DNA of 63,765 nucleotides, the filler included, from Octopus bimaculoides (lineage: Eukaryota): assembly GCF_001194135.2 (NCBI RefSeq). It is 4 parts of 4 records of this genome, joined end to end, with 100 filler letters (N's around TTAATTAATTAA, not from the genome) between each part and the next. Parts side by side here need not be neighbours in the genome. Positions count along the whole stretch, not along the records: positions 1 to 21,484 come from NC_068982.1; 3 more parts are not named here. One strand, 5' to 3'. The notes below the pieces were generated by a model. The model saw only the letters and a list, made by a program, of their open reading frames with translations. It was not told the DNA's origin and did no database searches. Shown here piece after piece: positions 1 through 11,400 of the stretch (its first letter is position 1; each line of letters starts with the position of its first letter). A program made the position numbers and the translations under genes.

Positions 1-460
1 ATATATATATATATATATATAAAATCCGCGAAGTAGAAACAGTATTGTACTGTATATTCTTTTTAGTCATTTTTATAATTTGTATATATTATCTATTTTA
101 TTATAAATGCAAAGCAACACTACACACTCGCCTCCCGAGTTTCGTTTCCCATACAGTATGTGCGATTCTTTGTTTACTCATCTGAGGTACACTACGTATT
201 TTCTTTGAATATATTTTAATCAATATGTTATACAGTGCAGTACTGAACTGTATTTGTATTTATTAATTTATTAATTTTTAGGTGTGAAAATGCTTATTTT
301 ACCACAGAAATAATTGAAATCTAAAAAACCACAAATACTTATCGGCTGCTGAAGCCCGCAATATACTGATGAGTGCCAGATATAAATTTATATTTTCCAG
401 GAAAATCCGCGAGGTACTGAGCGCGCGATAGGTAAACCGCGATATAGCGAGTGGTTACTG
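1..460. mobile_element. pogo/Tigger-like non-autonomous DNA transposon, right-hand part
   Basis: Ends in AAACCGCGATATAGCGAGTGGTTACTG followed by TA, resembling Tigger-type TIR ends; internal AAAATCCGCGA motif repeated at ~21 and ~402. Confidence 0.5.
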
Positions 461-647
461 TATATTATACTTTATTATTGGCATAGCATTTAAAAGAATT
501 GGTATAAAATTACTTCCGAGTTTTGGCACAAGGCCAGCAATTTCGGCCGAGTAAGTAAGTCTATTACATCGACCCATTGCTCAACTGGTATTTATTGAAA
601 CTCCAAAAGAATTAAATCCCCAGCGGAAATTAAACTCAGAATGTAAA

Positions 648-935
648 TACAGTTCTATATTTAAGAGATGAGGTATTCTGTACATTATTTACATTTGACG
701 GATATTTGTCCTCCTCTTGCTTGTTGTTAACACAACGCTTCGGCTGATATATCCTCAAGCCTTTATCAGGTGTCTTGGGGAAATTTCGAACCTGGGTCCT
801 CATTCCTAAGGTATTTTTCGATGTTATTATTATTATTACTATTATTATTATTATTATTATTCAGATCACTGCCTGAAATCGAATCTTGGGGTAAGTAGCC
901 CGGGCTCTGAACCACTACGCCATATGCCCGTGGGC

Positions 936-936
<1 letters not shown>
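648..936 (-). mobile_element. tRNA-headed SINE with (AAT)n spacer and hammerhead-containing body (copy A)
   Basis: Minus strand: A-box TGGCGTAGTGG, anticodon-like arm GGG-CTACTTA-CCC, shortened B-box GATTCGATTTC, (AAT)n, then body homologous to 1028-1176. Confidence 0.7.
729..774 (-). ncRNA. Degenerate minimal type I hammerhead ribozyme motif
   Basis: GACAC-CTGATAA-A-GGCT..AGCC-GAAG-CGTT-GTGTT; G8>A and GAAA>GAAG deviations. Confidence 0.45.
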
Positions 937-1002
<66 letters not shown>

Positions 1003-1026
1003 TGATGATGATGATGATGATGATGA
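937..1026 (+). repeat. (AAT)n/(GAT)n microsatellite
   Basis: Direct reading; source of the spurious poly-I/poly-M/poly-L ORFs. Confidence 0.95.
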
Positions 1027-1027
1027 C

Positions 1028-1176
1028 AGCGAAAAATGCCTTAGGAATGAGAACCCAGGTTCGAAATTTTCCCGAGACACCTGATAAAGGCTGGAGGGTA
1101 TATCAGCCGAAACGTTGTGTTAACAACAAACAAGATGAGAACAAATATCCGCCAAATGTAAATAATGTAAATAATA
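1028..1176 (+). mobile_element. Inverted, head-less second copy of the hammerhead SINE body (copy B)
   Basis: Near reverse complement of ~680-820. Confidence 0.7.
1076..1121 (+). ncRNA. Minimal type I hammerhead ribozyme motif
   Basis: Stem I GACAC/GTGTT, core CTGATAA plus an extra A, stem II GGCTG/CAGCC, GAAA, palindromic ACGT stem III, GUU cleavage triplet; position 8 is A instead of G. Confidence 0.6.
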
Positions 1177-1449
1177 GTCAGAAAGTAAAATCGGAAAAAA
1201 TGCTGCTAATAATTTTTGTCCGGCGTGGTAACGATTGGGCCAGTTCATCGCCTTAATAGTTGGTGTAACTTTGAACAAATGCTGATAGAATGTTGGTATA
1301 CTGTTAATATCACAATATCGACCAGACTGTTGGATGCTGTTTTTCACCGTTGGTAAAAATGCGCTTTGCATTATTTTAGCTTCTGAATGACACCACCTCA
1401 TTGGCTAGGCGAGTAGGCCAATATTACTCCTTGATCCGAAAGCTATTCC

Positions 1450-1600
1450 GTCAGAGGGTTGCCCATCTACAGCAGAGAGAATTGAAACGACGTGAAATTA
1501 ATTGTTTTGCTCGAGAACACAATACGCGCTGCCCGTCCAGGAATCGAACCCATGATCTAGCGATCGTGAGCGCAATACAATCTAACGACTAGCCACGTGC
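1450..1600 (-). mobile_element. tRNA-derived SINE (family C)
   Basis: B-box GGTTCGATTCC on minus strand; body matches 26537-26745 and 31620-31920. Confidence 0.7.
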
Positions 1601-1744
1601 CATCATACTATTAATATAATAGTTCATAATGTATCAGAATTAAGACAAGTACTGGAGAGAATTTATTGCTTTATTTAGTTACATCTCAAGTTCTACATTC
1701 AAAGTTCACCTACACATTCTCAAAATATATTCACACGTGCGCGC

Positions 1745-1783
<39 letters not shown>

Positions 1784-2547
1784 CAAAGTCAGAGAATGGG
1801 GTGGGGTGACAGAGACAGAGAGATAGAGACAGGGAGGCAGGGAGACAGAAACATTCAGAAACTTAAACACACGTATGCCCTACACAAACCGTTGAATTGC
1901 GAACATCTGATGGTGGCCATGTATAAATGTATAACGCGTATTTAAAATGTGTTTTACGTTTTTGTGCTTTTCTCTGTATGTATTCATATGTGTGTCTGTG
2001 TGCGTGAGTATGTGTTTATACACGTATTTACGTGTGTGTGAGTGCGGGTATGTATGAAGAGAAGGAAAATATATCTATGCCATAAATATGCGCATACAAC
2101 ATAGAAACATACACACATATATATATTCTCGTTTGTTGATGGTGGCTAGCTATCTCATTTGCATGAGTGTTAATAAATTCGAATAAGCTATCACGTTTCT
2201 CTGAAAATATCTTCTGTGTATTTCTGAGCTCATGCTAATAGTATCGTTTGATGTCGCTTGTTTATTGAAACCTATGCATTTATGCCAGTAATCTAAGGAT
2301 ATGATTGGATAATTATGAATTATTACTAAGCTCTCGTTGATAATTTGCCATACGTAAAGTTACACCAGTATATTTCACACTGGCGATCGATATAGGCAGT
2401 ACCGTTAAGTATGTGGTCATAGTATGCGGGGTGTGTATCTGTTCGTATCCGAGTATTATGGGACTTTAGAAGTATATGCATATGTTCTGTACATGTGTGT
2501 ATGAAAATATATAGGCAATGATGTGTGTATATCTATCTATATAGATA

Positions 2548-2642
<95 letters not shown>

Positions 2643-2711
2643 GTGTATATATATATATAATATGTTTGTAAAGTGACGGAGGATATATATATATATATAT
2701 ATATAAGTATA

Positions 2712-3030
2712 CAAAAATCAAAATAAGCATCAAGGATATTCAAGGTTACTGCAGTACAACCGTTTCGTGCAACTCTATTTATTTAAGCAATGCGAGCATT
2801 ACATTAAATGTAAAATGCAGAGCAAGCTTCAGCTGCACAAAGATACAGAAAATTTACTCAAATTTACTTTCAGTAGAAGGACATATTACTGTTGTAACTA
2901 TATTTAAACAATCCAAGTGGGAAGGAAGAATATAAAAAACCATTATGACTTAGCCAAAACAAACAGGAGTTGCATGAAACGATCGTACTGCGGTAACGTT
3001 GAATATCCTTGTTGCGTATTTTGATTTTTG
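2712..3030. mobile_element. MITE with ~64-bp terminal inverted repeats
   Basis: 2712-2775 is the approximate reverse complement of 2967-3030. Confidence 0.7.
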
Positions 3031-5025
3031 ATCACTTTATTTTTTGGAATTGTTTGGATAATACCTTACTAAATTCTGGTGCTTAAACTTAAGTACCTTA
3101 TTCATTTTGAATCTAAATTTTTATATAAGTATACGTGTAAGTATGTAAGTATGCATATATATACATACCTATACATATGCATATGTGGGCACATGACGTC
3201 ACAAAACATAAACAACAAAAATACGAAGTACGAGGACATGGAATAAGGACTTTTTTGCAAGCAACGAAAGAAACAAATGGAAAACAAGACAAGCAACACA
3301 AGGAACGACACTTCATCAGTTGTCGGCTGTTTTTCTCATCCGTATTTCGAGCAATTCACAACAAATATATGTATGTATGTATTCCGTCACTAACGACTCC
3401 TCCAATTCGCTACCCAACAACAGAAATATCAATCTTCTCACTCACTCTGTGTCTCTCTCTCTCTTCATTTTCCTTCACACTCCATATATATATATTCAAC
3501 AGTTATAAAAAGCATTCATAAATTAGACTTTCACTGATGTGGATTGATTAATTTTCATAAAAGTTCTTCTTACGGTTTGTCAATAGTTAAATATATATAT
3601 ATAGAAATCACATCATAGTGCGAATATGAAACAGACGAATAAATCTAAATATTCGAAAGCCTAATTTTTGATAGAAATATAAGAATGTAAACACCTCATT
3701 TATGGTGTAGTTTGCCACGCTCAATTTCAATTAATATATACACATAAAACAGCATTAGATTAAAATCGGTTTTCTTTGGGGATATCAAAATGAAAATGAA
3801 GTTGCGATTTAGCTAAGAATGAAAAGAAATTTTCGTCACTGACAAGGTTAAATTAGCGCGAAACTCTGGTATTTGACGTTTCCCTGATGGTATTCTGACC
3901 GAGCCGTGCTTTTAACACACAAATCGTTTTAGAGAGGTTTCTCCGCGATAAAATATTAATGTTAACGCTGTTTCATAAACACTATATATGGTATACACTG
4001 TTTCAAGAGTGTATATTGCTTCAACATAAATCTGTTCTGTTTTTAGACAAATTAGCGAATGTTTTGTGGTGGTTTCTACATTTACCACTTAGCTCCGAAT
4101 GACGGCCGTAGTTTGTTACTAAGAAGACGAAATGAAACCAGAATAACGATGTCTGACGATCTCCAAGCGCCATATAAGGCCATGGCGTTTTTGCTTTTTT
4201 TTTTTTTTGGCATAGTCATTTAAAATAAATATAACTGAAGCGAGATATCTATATACACACATGAATGTGTGTGTATGTATATATATATATATATNNNNNN
4301 NNNNNNNNNNNNNNNNNNNNNNNNNNNNNNNNNNNNNNNNNNNNNNNNNNNNNNNNNNNNNNNNNNNNNNNNNNNNNNNNNNNNNNNNNNNNNNNNNNNN
4401 NNNNNNNNNNNNNNNNNNNNNNNNNNNNNNNNNNNNNNNNNNNNNNNNNNNNNNNNNNNNNNNNNNNNNNNNNNNNNNNNNNNNNNNNNNNNNNNNNNNN
4501 NNNNNNNNNNNNNNNNNNNNNNNNNNNNNNNNNNNNNNNNNNNNNNNNNNNNNNNNNNNNNNNNNNNNNNNNNNNNNNNNNNNNNNNNNNNNNNNNNNNN
4601 NNNNNNNNNNNNNNNNNNNNNNNNNNNNNNNNNNNNNNNNNNNNNNNNNNNNNNNNNNNNNNNNNNNNNNNNNNNNNNNNNNNNNNNNNNNNNNNNNNNN
4701 NNNNNNNNNNNNNNNNNNNNNNNNNNNNNNNNNNNNNNNNNNNNNNNNNNNNNNNNNNNNNNNNNNNNNNNNNNNNNNNNNNNNNNNNNNNNNNNNNNNN
4801 NNNNNNNNNNNNNNNNNNNNNNNNNNNNNNNNNNNNNNNNNNNNNNNNNNNNNNNNNNNNNNNNNNNNNNNNNNNNNNNNNNNNNNNNNNNNNNNNNNNN
4901 NNNNNNNNNNNNNNNNNNNNNNNNNNNNNNNNNNNNNNNNNNNNNNNNNNNNNNNNNNNNNNNNNNNNNNNNNNNNNNNNNNNNNNNNNNNNNNNNNNNN
5001 NNNNNNNNNNNNNNNNNNNNNNNNN

Positions 5026-5670
5026 ACATTGCCATCTAAATTACGCAAAAATGAAAATAACACTGACATTTCATTTAAACAAATATATTTACCAAAATTA
5101 CATAAAAATATCTTGAAATACTGAAGAGTAAATTTATTCAATACAATCGACATTGGCTTCAAACGCTACCTGCAAACGACTTCGGTATCTCCTGCAACTC
5201 TTCTGGATAGGCTCCTTGTTTATGTTGGAGAATACTGCCATAAACCATGCCTTCAGTTCGTCTTTGGTGTTACAAGGAGCATTGATGGTCTCTCGCTCAT
5301 CTGCACCCCACACGCAATAATTAAGGAGGTTGCAGTCTGGGAGGTTAGGTGGCCAGATGTTAGACGTGATATGGTCGCAAAAATTGTGTGACAGCCATGA
5401 AATTGTGTTACAGTCATGAAACTGTATGACAGCAGAAATTTTTAGACAGCCTGCTTGTCTGGCATTGTACAGAGTCCTGTTGCGAGACAGGGTCTTCCAA
5501 CAGCTACTCTCTTGACCCAGGCACCTGATGTTCCTTCAGGCACCTGATGTTGGCCTCCATGATGCGTGTGAGGCCGTTTGGGAAGATGAATGGAGGCAAA
5601 ACCTCGCCATCATTAGTGATCACTCCAAACATCATGATGTTGACTGTATGTTTGACCAAGCAGCACCATT
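5026..5670 (-). mobile_element. Degenerate Tc1/mariner-superfamily transposase remnant (same family as 21585-22402)
   Basis: Reverse complement aligns by eye with 21790-22380, including the WPPNxPDCN region and the 3' flank. Confidence 0.85.
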
Positions 5671-6179
5671 CTAGAATAAAATATTTGCGGCACGTGGATG
5701 CAATTAGACACTTTAATATATGTCTACATCAAAAACAAATAATAACAAGTAAATATAATATTATTAGATGAAAATATGAAAAGTCTTTAACAAAAAGATT
5801 AAATTGGACCACAGGCTTGTGTCATAAATGCAGCATGTTAAAAAAAAAAAATAAAATATATATATAATGAGTTATATATAAAAAATATATATATTATGAG
5901 TGTGCCCTTGTGTGCGTGTGCGCACGCGTGTACGCACACGTGCGATCATTAATGTATTTGTGTGTTTATTCATATACTTGTATATATGATGCAAATATAT
6001 CTGGCAACTATAGCAAGAGTTTCAGTATACGACTTCGTCAGTGTAAATGTTTTCGTACATTTTGTGTTAGGTATGTTTGATTTTCCCCGTTTATTATTAT
6101 ATACTAGTCTGTATCTTTTTAAAAATACATATCATCACTGTTTATGTGCGATGCTACACAGATACGCGCCCGTGGGCAC

Positions 6180-6235
<56 letters not shown>

Positions 6236-7420
6236 GCATACACAGATACACGCACATACACGCACGCGCTGGCGCACGCGCACACACACACACATACACA
6301 CACATACACGAACATATAACGCACGCGCTTGCACACGTGCTTGCGCACGCACAGACACACACACGCGCGCTGAGAAATATTCGGAGCTTAAGAGACGTTG
6401 GAAATATAATTGATCCAGTCCTTAAATTAATATGAAATCTGTAATTATAATTGCCTGGCTATTCGTTGATTATAGAGTATACAGGAAAGATGGAATTTAT
6501 ATACTCTTGTATGTATGTATGTATGTATGTATGCATGCATGCATGTATGTGTGTATGTATGTATGTATGTATGTATGTGTGCATGTATGTGTGTATATAT
6601 GACCTCATGACGCCTACGTATGATGCTTGTCATTGCATGAGCTGATCTAAATGTTTTCATTTATGTCTGTGTAAATATTCATGTTTTTATATCTTTTTTG
6701 TGTATATGTGCAGTTTAAACTCAAAGATTATTTTATACATATTCACAATTAATTGATGGCTGGTACTTGGCAATTCTTAATTAGCCGTGTTATTTCTACT
6801 TTTCTTCAACCTAGCCACTTAAGAATGAAACATGAGCAGTTAGATAGACTAACATGTGTCCTAATAATCCCACGCATAAATTTGAAGCCACAATACAGGT
6901 AAAATATCTGCATGATTTCTCAGTCGTTTGGCACAGATCTTTTCTTGTTCTTTTATCTTTAATTGAGCAACTAATTTACACTATTGAGCGTACTTACTTA
7001 CTTTCTCTTGATATCAAGTCATTATTTCAAGTCTGTTCTACATACATGTGAGAAATTTAAAAAGAAACATTCAACAAATATTCTCTCATATCATGAAGGA
7101 ACATGCTCTCTGAATCAGTGTAACTCTTTATATATNNNNNNNNNNNNNNNNNNNNNNNNNNNNNNNNNNNNNNNNNNNNNNNNNNNNNNNNNNNNNNNNN
7201 NNNNNNNNNNNNNNNNNNNNNNNNNNNNNNNNNNNNNNNNNNNNNNNNNNNNNNNNNNNNNNNNNNNNNNNNNNNNNNNNNNNNNNNNNNNNNNNNNNNN
7301 NNNNNNNNNNNNNNNNNNNNNNNNNNNNNNNNNNNNNNNNNNNNNNNNNNNNNNNNNNNNNNNNNNNNNNNNNNNNNNNNNNNNNNNNNNNNNNNNNNNN
7401 NNNNNNNNNNNNNNNNNNNN

Positions 7421-7910
7421 GGCGTTTGACTTGATGGAGAAAAATGTGCTTTGGGGGATTATGATTGAACTGAGGATAGCCTTGTACACTGGAACAGTTA
7501 GTGCAGTTTGGATTAGAGGCCCAACATTTGAATTTTCCTATTTAGATTCGGGGTCCGTCAAGAGATCTCACTCTGTTCAATTCCTGAATGAACTGGATAT
7601 TTGTCCGAATAGTGGCTTGATCGAGTTATAGTGCACCCATTTGTAAAATTAGGATTACAGACGGAGACTTTGCTCATAACGCAGTTATTCAACTTTTGAT
7701 GTCTTTTGATGTCTTAAGGAGCTCTCACCTTTCCCTGAGTGAGGAAATGGAACCACTTTGCCTGAAAGTCAATTGGGTCAAGACAAAGATCCTCTCCTTC
7801 ACTGGATTCTTGGAGAACTCTACCTTGTCTGTCTCTTTTGCGGGTGAGAATGTTAAAGTTGTTGAATACTTCACTCATTTCGCCAGTGAAATTCATAGTG
7901 GTATAATGTA
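7421..7910 (+). mobile_element. RTE-clade LINE reverse transcriptase remnant
   Basis: Translated pieces AFDLME..LW, LYTGTVSAV, ITDGDFAHNAVI (degenerate DLDFADD), LKVNWVKTK. Confidence 0.7.
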
Positions 7911-8731
7911 GACATTTCTGGCTGTTGTTAAAATTTTGAGTTGTTAACATCACTATTTCGGGTGTACTAAGATCCTATCGTGAACCGGAAATTTAGTGTG
8001 GTACAAGAAACAATGTGAGAAGAACTCTGATTGCCAGCTTTTTATCTGGACGCTATATTTCATGGTTGTTCTTCCTTTGCTACATTCATATCTAAGTACT
8101 TGTACTATTCTACGGTGGATAACGAATCAAAACCGGTTCATTTATAAAGGTATGATTGATCGGTTTATAGTTTTCCTTCGTCCTACACTCAGGTTGGAAC
8201 ATTTGTCTTGACCAAAATATATTCGTATATCCTTTTACAATGCAATAAGCAGGTCAGTGTTGTTACTGAAAACGTTCAATTTTTGACATATACTTTCATA
8301 ATGACCGCAAATAACCTTGTTAGCGAATGAAGGAAACTATATAAAAGCTCCAGGAATGGAACGTACTTATCATTCAGGGGTCCAACATTGTCATACACTT
8401 ACGTCACATTGAATCTGAATGACGATTACGCAAATAGCACTCGTATCTGTACAATACCCAAACGAGGGTAAGAAGTTCAGCTGGTTCAAAATCTGGTTTA
8501 CTCATCGTCAAAAGTAACGGAAATTCATTCGTTTACATTTCATATACATGCCTACACACGTACACACACATAAACATCCATATATAAAAACGTATGTAAA
8601 GGTTGACATTATAACTATAGTTGTTTCTCCCTAGGTCATTCCTGCTCCATGTAACCTACGACCAAGAGCGTACCAGCTGTAAACATCCAATTTAACTTTG
8701 GTGTTGTTGTTATTATTATTATAGAATGTTA

Positions 8732-8784
<53 letters not shown>

Positions 8785-9291
8785 GTTATTCAGGCATGGT
8801 TTATCTTAGAACGCAGTAATCACATGCCCCATTTTTTGAAACAGCAGAATGTATTGTCAAGAAGAATCGACAGAAGAGTTCGAGTAAGCACGTAGAGACT
8901 CTCTCATTGGCTCATTATAGATAAAGGCATTAACTATATGGTAGTCTGTTTTACTCTTAAAGTGTGTTGTAATAAGAGTAAGCATGCTTCAGGCTAAGAA
9001 TATATTTCTGTCTAATTTTCTAAACAAAATTGTCTTAGTCCAACTATAATACTGCCCTACATCATTTTACTATCAATTTCCCATAATAAAAATGCATGTA
9101 TGCGTATGATTACATGTATGTGTCTGTGCGCGTATGTATATGTGTGTGAACGGGAATGTGTGTGGCTGTATGTACCTTAGTTCTTTGTATAATTTTCTAT
9201 ATCAACTATGTAAGGTTTTGCCATTCTTATGAACAGTAATTACGAAAAGGATCTATCTGTACGTATATGTAAATATAACTGTGTGTGTAGA

Positions 9292-9342
<51 letters not shown>

Positions 9343-9860
9343 ATATAATACACAGACACACATGCACACATATATATGTATGTATATATATCATATGAAT
9401 ATATATGACAGCATATAAGTAGATACATATGTATGTATAAATAATATACATATAAAACACACACATACACTCACACACACTCAATCACTCATGCACACAT
9501 ACACATACACTGACATATATATATATATATATCATATATAAGTACATACATACTGCATGCCTCATAAATTACAGGTTTCGATTCTATGACTATCATAATC
9601 GCAGAAAGTGAAACAACTTAACGATTGAGGAATAAGGGGATAAAGATGTTGTTGTAGAGGATAAGAATTAAGGTCAGCACAAGGGAAAAGTCAAATGGTT
9701 GTGATAACAAAATGTCTGAACCAGCCGTTCATTACAAAGTTTATGAGTGCATTCTTATTCGTGTAAGGTTGAGGCAAATGAATAGAATTATATATATACG
9801 CGCGCGCGAGAACACACAAAACATGAACATGCACACACACACAAATCTATATATATATAT

Positions 9861-9906
<46 letters not shown>

Positions 9907-11059
9907 GTATATNNNNNNNNNNNNNNNNNNNNNNNNNNNNNNNNNNNNNNNNNNNNNNNNNNNNNNNNNNNNNNNNNNNNNNNNNNNNNNNNNNNNNNNN
10001 NNNNNNNNNNNNNNNNNNNNNNNNNNNNNNNNNNNNNNNNNNNNNNNNNNNNNNNNNNNNNNNNNNNNNNNNNNNNNNNNNNNNNNNNNNNNNNNNNNNN
10101 NNNNNNNNNNNNNNNNNNNNNNNNNNNNNNNNNNNNNNNNNNNNNNNNNNNNNNNNNNNNNNNNNNNNNNNNNNNNNNNNNNNNNNNNNNNNNNNNNNNN
10201 NNNNNNNNNNNNNNNNNNNNNNNNNNNNNNNNNNNNNNNNNNNNNNNNNNNNNNNNNNNNNNNNNNNNNNNNNNNNNNNNNNNNNNNNNNNNNNNNNNNN
10301 NNNNNNNNNNNNNNNNNNNNNNNNNNNNNNNNNNNNNNNNNNNNNNNNNNNNNNNNNNNNNNNNNNNNNNNNNNNNNNNNNNNNNNNNNNNNNNNNNNNN
10401 NNNNNNNNNNNNNNNNNNNNNNNNNNNNNNNNNNNNNNNNNNNNNNNNNNNNNNNNNNNNNNNNNNNNNNNNNNNNNNNNNNNNNNNNNNNNNNNNNNNN
10501 NNNNNNNNNNNNNNNNNNNNNNNNNNNNNNNNNNNNNNNNNNNNNNNNNNNNNNNNNNNNNNNNNNNNNNNNNNNNNNNNNNNNNNNNNNNNNNNNNNNN
10601 NNNNNNNNNNNNNNNNNNNNNNNNNNNNNNNNNNNNNNNNNNNNNNNNNNNNNNNNNNNNNNNNNNNNNNNNNNNNNNNNNNNNNNNNNNNNNNNNNNNN
10701 NNNNNNNNNNNNNNNNNNNNNNNNNNNNNNNNNNNNNNNNNNNNNNNNNNNNNNNNNNNNNNNNNNNNNNNNNNNNNNNNNNNNNNNNNNNNNNNNNNNN
10801 NNNNNNNNNNNNNNNNNNNNNNNNNNNNNNNNNNNNNNNNNNNNNNNNNNNNNNNNNNNNNNNNNNNNNNNNNGGAGAAGATTGTGAGAAAGGCGTGAAA
10901 TGCCCGGAAGCGGAAGTCATCAAGTAGAAAGAGAGGTGATGGTTGTTAGTCATGTTTCCCCACTCCTTAGATTCCATTACGGGTAGTTAGTAATGAATCA
11001 AAAATCGTTGCCCAATCACGGTCGTTCGAAGCAAATAATAATTGAAAATAGCCCGGTGG

Positions 11060-11400
11060 TGTTGGTAGTGGTAGAAGTGCAAGATATAACGGTGGTGGTG
11101 GTGGTGGTGTAGTTAGTAGTGGTGATGTTAATGATGGTGGAGGCAACGTTTATGCCAGTGGTGGCTGTGACGTCAGTTATGATGATAATGAGGATGGTGT
11201 TGGTAGTCTTGTTAATATACGTGTTCTACAGTGCGGTGCTTGTTGTATTGTTGGTTGTAGTTGATGTGTTTATGGTGGTGGTGGTGGTGGTGGTGATGGT
11301 GGTGGCGGCGGCGGCCGTGGTGGTGGCGGCGGTAGGGGTGCTGGTGGTCGTGGTGGCAGTCGGTGAGACACGTCAGGAGTTAATAGTGATGGAGAGAGAA
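11060..11400 (+). repeat. (GGT)n-rich low-complexity tract
   Basis: Direct reading; gives the poly-Val ORF. Confidence 0.85.

Noticed and set aside
366-410. CTGATGA that might start a hammerhead
   Set aside because: No stem II closing onto a GAAA; lies inside a Tigger-like element
766-1256. Poly-Leu/Ile/Met ORFs
   Set aside because: Translation of the (AAT)n/(GAT)n microsatellite
3195-3365. Minus-strand CTGATGA with an upstream GAAA (possible permuted hammerhead)
   Set aside because: Stems I-III could not be built convincingly
4119-5162. Long ORFs spanning N runs (also ~7.1, 9.9, 17.2, 20.4, 23.0, 24.7, 30.3 and 54.1 kb)
   Set aside because: Artefacts of translating gaps
5962-6660. IYIY/HTHT/VCVC-rich ORFs here and elsewhere
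   Set aside because: (AT)n, (CA)n and (ATGT)n microsatellites
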